Of a DNA stretch of 64,000 nucleotides, positions 58,250-64,000 are shown piece by piece (the stretch's first letter is position 1; each line of letters starts with the position of its first letter). A program made the position numbers and the translations under genes. The notes under the pieces were generated by a model. It saw only the letters and a list, made by a program, of their open reading frames with translations, had not been told where the DNA came from and made no database searches. Origin of the DNA: Desulfobacterales bacterium (GTDB lineage Bacteria; Desulfobacterota; Desulfobacteria; Desulfobacterales; SpSt-501); assembly GCA_037481615.1 (NCBI GenBank), contig JBBFLI010000023.1. One strand, given 5' to 3'.

Positions 58250-59953
58250 TTACGGGCGGCCGGCGGCCGCCGCGGCGGGCGGCTCGGCCTGCGGTTCGAT
58301 CTCCCCCTCGCGCAGCTCGCGGCGCCGGGTCGCCTCGGGCCAGAGCCCCTCGGGCCGCAGCAGCATCATGGCGACGAGCGCCGCCCCGTAGACGAGCAGG
58401 CGGTATTCGGCGAATTCCCGCAGGAGTTCGGGGAGCCCGACGAGGGCGAAGGCGCCGACGATCACCCCGGGCATGCTGCCGATCCCGCCCACGATGATCA
58501 CGCAGAGGATGTTGATCGAGATCATGACGTTGAAGGAGTGGGGGTAGACCGAGCCGATCTTGGAGGCGAAGATCGCCCCGCTCAGCGCCGAGAAACCGGC
58601 GCCCGTGGCGAAGGCGAGGAGCTTGGCCGCCACGAGGTTGATCCCCATCGCCTGGGCCACATCCTCGTCCTCGCGGACCGCCATCCAGGCGCGGCCGATG
58701 CGCGAGTCGCGCAGCCGCCAGGAGATGAAGCCGACGAGAAAGCAACCGCCGAGGATGAGGTAGTAGATTTCCTGCGGCCCGGCGAACTCGAAGCCGCCGA
58801 CTTCGGCCTTGGGGATTTTGCCGATCCCCTGGGCCCCGCCCAGCCAGGGGCGCAGCGAATCCGAGAGAACCAGAATGCGGATGATCTCGCCGAAGCCGAG
58901 GGTCGCGATCGCCAGGTAATCGCCGCGCATTTTCAGGACCGGGATGCCGAGCAGGACCCCGGCGATCACCCCGAAGAGGACGGCGAAGGGGAGCGCCTGC
59001 CAGAAGCCGAGGGCGAAGAAGCCGAGCTCGGGCGAGGTGAGGATGGCGACCGTGTAGGAGCCGATCGCGAAGAAGGCGACGTAGCCGAGATCGAGCAGCC
59101 CCGCGAAGCCGACCACGATGTTGAGCCCGAGCCCGAGCAGCACGTAGAGCCCGACGATGGTCAAGACCTCGCTCAGAAACAGCCCGAGCGCCTGCGGCAG
59201 GATCGCGAGCACGAGGGCGAGGAGCGCCCACCCCCCGAGCCGCAGCCCCCGGCGGCCGGCCGGGGGGAGTTGGGCGATGCGGTCGCGCACGGCCTGCCCG
59301 TTCACGGCCCAGGCGGCCGTCGCCGCGGCGGCGGCGAGGAAGAGCAGCACCGCCCCGCCCGGGGATAGCCCCAGCCCCTCGAAGACCCAGTCGGCGACCT
59401 CCCCGAGCGGCCCCCAGGAGGAGAGCACGGGGTAGACCGTGTCCTGGAGCATCCCCAGACCGGCGACCAGGACGAGCCCGGCGGTGACCGCCCGGCGCGG
59501 GACCGGCCGCAGGAGCCGCAGCCCCGCGGCCGCCGCCCCCGTGAGCAGGCCCGCCCCCAGAAGAAGCGCAAGGCCCGAAAGCGGCTCCTCCTGCTGGAAG
59601 AGGAGCAGCTGGAAGACGGCGGGCGAGGCGTTGATCAGCACCTGCCGCAGGTTGACCGCCCGCGACAGCAGAACGAGCAAAACGAGCAGCGCCGCCGCGA
59701 CGACCCCGCAGACGACCCCGGCCGCGAGGGCGCGGCCGGCCCCGGCGACGCGCAGGCCGCGGTCGGCGGCGAGGTGGGCGATGAAGAGCCCCGTGAAGAG
59801 GAGCAGCCCCTCGCCCATCGAGAGCACGCCGCTCACGATCTCGCGCTGGCTGAAGGCCTCCACGATCCCGATCAGGGTGAGCAGAACGAGGCAGGCGCCC
59901 GCGACGAGCCCCAGCCGCAGTCCCGGGAGGCGTTCCGGCGTTTCGGGTTTCAT
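58250..59953 (-). CDS. livM: LIV-type ABC permease with long N-terminal membrane extension
   Basis: GLNIVVGFAGLLDLGYVAF, GDYLAIATLGFGEIIR, GRAWMAVREDE, RPEGL. Confidence 0.92.
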   Translation of the reverse strand: MKPETPERLPGLRLGLVAGACLVLLTLIGIVEAFSQREIVSGVLSMGEGLLLFTGLFIAHLAADRGLRVAGAGRALAAGVVCGVVAAALLVLLVLLSRAVNLRQVLINASPAVFQLLLFQQEEPLSGLALLLGAGLLTGAAAAGLRLLRPVPRRAVTAGLVLVAGLGMLQDTVYPVLSSWGPLGEVADWVFEGLGLSPGGAVLLFLAAAAATAAWAVNGQAVRDRIAQLPPAGRRGLRLGGWALLALVLAILPQALGLFLSEVLTIVGLYVLLGLGLNIVVGFAGLLDLGYVAFFAIGSYTVAILTSPELGFFALGFWQALPFAVLFGVIAGVLLGIPVLKMRGDYLAIATLGFGEIIRILVLSDSLRPWLGGAQGIGKIPKAEVGGFEFAGPQEIYYLILGGCFLVGFISWRLRDSRIGRAWMAVREDEDVAQAMGINLVAAKLLAFATGAGFSALSGAIFASKIGSVYPHSFNVMISINILCVIIVGGIGSMPGVIVGAFALVGLPELLREFAEYRLLVYGAALVAMMLLRPEGLWPEATRRRELREGEIEPQAEPPAAAAAGRP

Positions 59954-59971
59954 GGCGCGCCCTCCTTGGCC

Positions 59972-61033
59972 TCAGGCTTTCTTGACCGCCAGCCGCTCGC
60001 CCAGGATGCCGGTCGGGCGGAAGATCAGCACCAGGACCAGCATGGTGAAGGCGATCGCGTCCTTCAACTGGTAGGGGGCGGTGATCCCGAGGCCGTCGAG
60101 GAAGAGGCTGGGCCCGATCGACTCGACGAGCCCGAGGAAGATCCCGCCCAGCATGGCGCCCGGGATGTTGCCGATCCCCCCCAGCACCGCCGCGGTGAAG
60201 GCCTTCAGGCCGGGGATGAAGCCCATGAAGAAGTGGACCTGCTTGAACATGATCGCGTAGAGCACGCCCGCGGCCCCGGCCGCCGCCCCCCCGATCATGA
60301 AGGTCATGGAGATCATGCGGTCGACGTCGACCCCCATCAGGGCGGCGGCTTCCTTGTCCTCGGAGACCGAGCGCAGCGCGCGGCCGAGCCGGGTGCGCTG
60401 GGTGAACTGGTAGAGGGCGATCATGAGCAGGGCGGCGGCGAAGATCACGAGGAGCTGGAATTTCAGGATCCGCACCGGCCCGAGGTGCATCGGGCCCTCG
60501 AGGGCCTTGATCACGGGGTAGGCCTGGAAGCCGGAGCCGTAGAGGCCGCGGAAGACGTACTGCAGGAAGAAGGAGGCGCCGATCGCCGTGATCAGCGGCA
60601 CCAGCCGCGGGGCGTTGCGCAGCGGCCGGTAGGCGATCATCTCGAGGAGATAGGCGATCAGCGTCGAGACCGCCATCGAGACGAGAAAGACCATCGTCAT
60701 GCTGAGCACGGGGTGGGCTTCGAGGAGCCCGCTGCGGTGGAAGTAGGCCGCGACGTAGTAGGCCGTGTAGGGGCCGCTCATGAAGACCTCGCTGTGGGCG
60801 AAGTTGATCATGCGCAGCACCCCGTAGACCATGGTGTAACCCATGGCGATCAGGGCGTAGATGCTCCCCTGGGCGAGGCCGAAGATCGTGAAGTCGATCC
60901 AGTGGTCGAGGCTGTAGGCGCCCCGGACGAGGGTGGCGATGGAACCCCAGAGGATGAGCGCGATCAGGATCGCCCCGATCGTCCACATCACGATGTCGGT
61001 CGGCGTGAGCTTTCTGCGCGTCGGTCGGGCCAT
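59972..61033 (-). CDS. livH: LIV-type ABC permease
   Basis: GSIYALIAMGYTMVYGVLRMINFAH, GLKAFTAAVLGGIG, RPTGILG. Confidence 0.95.
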   Translation of the reverse strand: MARPTRRKLTPTDIVMWTIGAILIALILWGSIATLVRGAYSLDHWIDFTIFGLAQGSIYALIAMGYTMVYGVLRMINFAHSEVFMSGPYTAYYVAAYFHRSGLLEAHPVLSMTMVFLVSMAVSTLIAYLLEMIAYRPLRNAPRLVPLITAIGASFFLQYVFRGLYGSGFQAYPVIKALEGPMHLGPVRILKFQLLVIFAAALLMIALYQFTQRTRLGRALRSVSEDKEAAALMGVDVDRMISMTFMIGGAAAGAAGVLYAIMFKQVHFFMGFIPGLKAFTAAVLGGIGNIPGAMLGGIFLGLVESIGPSLFLDGLGITAPYQLKDAIAFTMLVLVLIFRPTGILGERLAVKKA

Positions 61034-61083
61034 CGCGTCGCCTTCCTTCGAAGAAGTTCGCCTGCGGTCCGGGCGGCGCCTGC

Positions 61084-61115
61084 AAAAGAGCCGGGCCCGA
61101 AGTCGGACCCGGCTC
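61084..61115 (-). terminator. Intrinsic terminator/attenuator hairpin between livK and livH
   Basis: Minus strand GAGCCGGGTCCG-ACTT-CGGGCCCGGCTC followed by TTTT. Confidence 0.7.
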
Positions 61116-61183
61116 CGGTCAAGCGGGAGGATTCCCCCGCGGGGCGGCGCCCCGCGGGGAGGAAAACGGTCCCCTCGTCGGAA

Positions 61184-62413
61184 TCAGTAGGGCTTCCAGA
61201 AGGGGGATTCCGGATTGACCAGCTTTTTGATGTTCTCCGCGGTCTGCTGGTAGACCGCGATCCGCGGGTCGGCGCAGTCCCCGTACTGGTCGCAGGTGAG
61301 GGTGCCCGTGAGCCCCTTCAGCCCCTTGGTCGCATAGAGCGCGTCGCGGAGCGCCTTGCGCGGGATGTAGAGCGTGTCCCCTTCCTTTACGGCCGCCTTC
61401 TCGATCGCGTGGAAGACCATGAGCGCCGCATCGTAACCGTGGGCGTGGAAGGGCGCGATCGGTTTTTCCCCGTACTTCTTCTGGTGCTTCTCGAGGAAGC
61501 CCTTGTAGCCGGCGGCGAAGGCCGAGAAATCCGGGCTCGAGTGGAACATGCCCACCGCGGCCTCGCCGGCCGCCTTGTAGAAATCGGGCGAGAAGGAGCC
61601 GTCGGCGCTCATGAGATAGGTCTTCTCGAGGCCGGCCACCTCCTTCACCTGGCGGGTGATGTGCCCGGCGGCGGCGATGAAGATCGGGTAGTAGATGAAC
61701 TGCGGTTTCTGGGTGGCGATCTTGGTCAGGACCGGCCGCATGTCGGTGTCGGTCGGGGCGACGGCCTCCTGGCTGGTGATCGTGCCGCCGAGTTTCTTGA
61801 ACTCTTCGGCGAAGACCGCCTGGAGCTGCTCGGCGTAGACGCTGCCGTCGTGGATCGTGGCCGCGGTCTTCACCCCGAGCTTCTTGATCGCGAACTGCGC
61901 CGCCACCGCGCCCTGCACCTTGTCGTTGTGGGCGGTGCGCAGGTAGCCGTCGAACTCCGGCCCGCGCTTGGGGTCGGTGAGGTAGGGGGCGGTGTTCGAG
62001 GGCGACACCGTGGGGATACCCGCCTTCCAGAGGATCGGCGCTCCGGGCCGGGCGGCGCTCGAGCAGTTCGAGCCGATCGCCGCGACGACCGTCGGGTCGG
62101 AGGCGATCTTGGTGGCCGCGGCCTGGCCGCCCTCGGCGTTGCACCCTTCATCCTGGCCGCTCAGCTTGATCGGGTGGCCGAGCAGCTTCCCCCCCTTGTC
62201 CTGGATGGCGATCTCCACCCCGCGCTTGGTGTCGGTGCCGAGCGAGGCGTCCGGCCCGGCGACGACCATCCAGTAAGCGATGTGGACGGGCTGCCCCTTC
62301 TTGACCGTGACGACGCCGATCGGGTCCTTGGGAGGGGCCGCCTGGGCGAGCCCCGCCAGCGTGAATCCGGCGAGCACCACCAACGCGACGACGAGAGCGA
62401 AACGACGGGTCAT
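61184..62413 (-). CDS. livK: LIV-type amino acid ABC substrate-binding protein
   Basis: Signal peptide; DEGCN, IGSNCSS, SPSNTAP, RTAHNDKVQG, GYDA, GLTG. Confidence 0.92.
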   Translation of the reverse strand: MTRRFALVVALVVLAGFTLAGLAQAAPPKDPIGVVTVKKGQPVHIAYWMVVAGPDASLGTDTKRGVEIAIQDKGGKLLGHPIKLSGQDEGCNAEGGQAAATKIASDPTVVAAIGSNCSSAARPGAPILWKAGIPTVSPSNTAPYLTDPKRGPEFDGYLRTAHNDKVQGAVAAQFAIKKLGVKTAATIHDGSVYAEQLQAVFAEEFKKLGGTITSQEAVAPTDTDMRPVLTKIATQKPQFIYYPIFIAAAGHITRQVKEVAGLEKTYLMSADGSFSPDFYKAAGEAAVGMFHSSPDFSAFAAGYKGFLEKHQKKYGEKPIAPFHAHGYDAALMVFHAIEKAAVKEGDTLYIPRKALRDALYATKGLKGLTGTLTCDQYGDCADPRIAVYQQTAENIKKLVNPESPFWKPY

Positions 62414-62519
62414 GGCTGCCTCCTTGGGTTGGAGTGTTGGGTGGATGTCTGCATGCCCTCTTTTCGGGGGACGGCCGGAGCCCTCCCCGCAAGCGACCTC
62501 TCTCGGGCGAATCCCCGTG

Positions 62520-62548
62520 AAACTACTAAACGCGCCTCAGTCTGTCAA
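62520..62548 (-). promoter_or_regulatory. Sigma70-type promoter of the liv-putA operon
   Basis: Minus strand TTGACA-N17-TAGTTT. Confidence 0.6.
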
Positions 62549-62576
62549 GGAGCCTCTAACCGATCGGGCTTCGTCA

Positions 62577-63554
62577 TCAGAGATCCAGCCAGGTGCCGAT
62601 CCCCCTCTCGCAGGCCCGACGGTAGATGAGCGGGGCGACGGCCATGTCGTCGATCGCCAGCCCCAGGTTCGCGGTCATCGTGCGTTCGGAGCGGCTTTCG
62701 CGGCCGGGCTTGCGCCCCGTGACGAGCTCCCCGAGATCGGCATGAATGGGCGGGATCCCTTGAAAGTAGCCCATCGACTGGTAGAGCCGGAGCTGGGGGA
62801 CGTCGTCGGTGCAGAACTTCGCCACCTCCGCGAGGGCCGCGCGGCTCCAGTAGGAGTCGTAGTCGACGAGCGAGGCGAACGCCCCCTCCTCGAGCCAGCC
62901 CGCCTGGATCGTGGCGTGCGGCGTCTTCACGATGGGGCCGGCGGTGACGACGATGTCGCAACCCCGCACCGCCTCGCGCGGGGTCTTGACCGGGACGACC
63001 TCGATCCCCAGTTGCGCGCCGATCTCCCGGGCGTAGCGCTCGGCCGCGGCGGGGTCGATATCGTAGGCGAGGATGCGGCGCAGCGGAAAGAGGACCCGCA
63101 GGGCCTCCGCGTGGCTGCGCGCCTGGACCCCGCAGCCGAGCACCCCCAGGACCGAGGAATCCGGCCGTGCGAGCCGGCGCGCGGCCACGGCGCTCGCCGC
63201 GCCCGTGCGCTTGGCCGTGATCCACACGCAGTCCATCACGGCGAGCGGAAGCCCCGTGTCGACGTCGTTGTAGATCAGAAGCCCCGTGATGTAGGGCAGC
63301 CCCCGCTTGGGGTTCTCCGGGAAGCCTCCCACCCACTTGATCCCCGCCGACCGGAGGTCGGGGATGTAGGCCGGCATGGCGTGGAGGAAGTTGTCGCCGC
63401 CGCCGGGATGGATGCCGGGCTTGGGGGGCATTTCGGTCCGGCCCTCGCCCTTGGCGCGGAAGGCGGTCTCGAGGGCCTCGATGATCTCCTCCATCGACAG
63501 GCCGACCCGCACCACGTCGGCCTGGGAGAGGTAGAGCAGGCGGTTTGCGGCCAT
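62577..63554 (-). CDS. Ornithine cyclodeaminase/mu-crystallin family protein
   Basis: EMPPK, HAMPA, GIKWVGGFPENP, ITAKRTGAASA, GCGVQARSH, GLAIDD. Confidence 0.92.
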   Translation of the reverse strand: MAANRLLYLSQADVVRVGLSMEEIIEALETAFRAKGEGRTEMPPKPGIHPGGGDNFLHAMPAYIPDLRSAGIKWVGGFPENPKRGLPYITGLLIYNDVDTGLPLAVMDCVWITAKRTGAASAVAARRLARPDSSVLGVLGCGVQARSHAEALRVLFPLRRILAYDIDPAAAERYAREIGAQLGIEVVPVKTPREAVRGCDIVVTAGPIVKTPHATIQAGWLEEGAFASLVDYDSYWSRAALAEVAKFCTDDVPQLRLYQSMGYFQGIPPIHADLGELVTGRKPGRESRSERTMTANLGLAIDDMAVAPLIYRRACERGIGTWLDL

Positions 63555-63598
63555 GGGGGCTCCTTTCCGGCTCGGGGTTGATCTTTGGGGAAGCATCC

Positions 63599-63627
63599 CT
63601 CATACGGGAGGGGCGTCGCGGTGTCAA
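63599..63627 (-). promoter_or_regulatory. Possible sigma70 promoter of the cyclodeaminase gene
   Basis: Minus strand TTGACA-N17-TATGAG. Confidence 0.4.
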
Positions 63628-63650
63628 GCCGGCCGCAGGGAGGCGCAGAG

Positions 63651-64000
63651 ATGGACGAGACGGGGCTGCTTTGCTTTCTCGAGGCGCGCGGGATCCCCTA
63701 CCGGCGCGTGACCCACCCGGCGGTCTTCACCGTGGCCGAGGCGGCGCGGCTTGTCCCGCCGCTCCCCGGGGCGAAGACGAAAAACCTCTTCCTGCGGGAC
63801 AAGCCGGGCAGACGCCACCTGCTGCTCACCGTGCCGGCGGAGAAGGCGGTGGACCTCGCGGCGCTCTCGCGGGCGCTCGGCCTGCCGCGGCTGGGGCTCG
63901 CTTCGGCCGAGCGGCTGGCATCCCTGCTGGGGATCGCCCCGGGGGCGGTGACCCCGCTCGCCGTGGTGAACGACCCCGAAGGCCGGGTGGAGCTGTTCCT
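63651..64000 (+). CDS. YbaK/ProX-family prolyl-tRNA editing protein (ProXp-ala-like), runs off the window
   Basis: SD ggagg; MDETGLLCFLEARGIPY..HPAVFTVAEA..KTKNLFLRDK..LGIAPGAVTPLAVVND. Not in the ORF track. Confidence 0.88.
   Translation, partial: MDETGLLCFLEARGIPYRRVTHPAVFTVAEAARLVPPLPGAKTKNLFLRDKPGRRHLLLTVPAEKAVDLAALSRALGLPRLGLASAERLASLLGIAPGAVTPLAVVNDPEGRVELF

Overview
GC-rich (roughly 70% by eye), gene-dense chromosomal window. The gene content points to an anaerobic, fatty-acid-oxidising Desulfobacterota (Desulfobacterales-like) bacterium; this taxonomy is inferred. 1-12 kb: two back-to-back redox modules flank a sigma54 (NtrC-type) activator. The left module is a divergent metF-like gene plus a large HdrA/GltD-fusion (HdrL-type) gene. 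The right module is hdrL-mvhD-metV-metF. Three in-frame UGA codons (CAMU in both HdrL paralogs, FCCEYU in MvhD) are each followed by a SECIS-like hairpin, so these genes are probably selenoproteins that the ORF track splits or misses. The two HdrL paralogs differ at the NAD(P)H-discriminating motif (YRR vs CLE), and the dinucleotide module of the right copy lies in a segment of anomalous base composition. 12-20 kb: a TetR/FadR-controlled operon for acyl-CoA dehydrogenase, an EMO/HdrF-like membrane oxidoreductase and EtfBA. 20-43 kb: a light/oxygen/nitrosative-stress-like region with a rubredoxin-fused ACAD, three PNPOx-like proteins around a dikinase-type phosphotransferase, a RudS-like DUF523-DUF1722 protein, an octaheme HAO-like cytochrome, class II CPD and FeS-BCP photolyases, and a CIO-type cytochrome bd with an unannotated 38-aa partner. 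43-64 kb: a TRAP transporter, a GntR-TAXI-AtuA-DUF4387 module, and a proline cluster (putA, LIV-type ABC transporter, cyclodeaminase, ProX-like editing protein). I recognised no rRNA, tRNA, CRISPR array or transposase.
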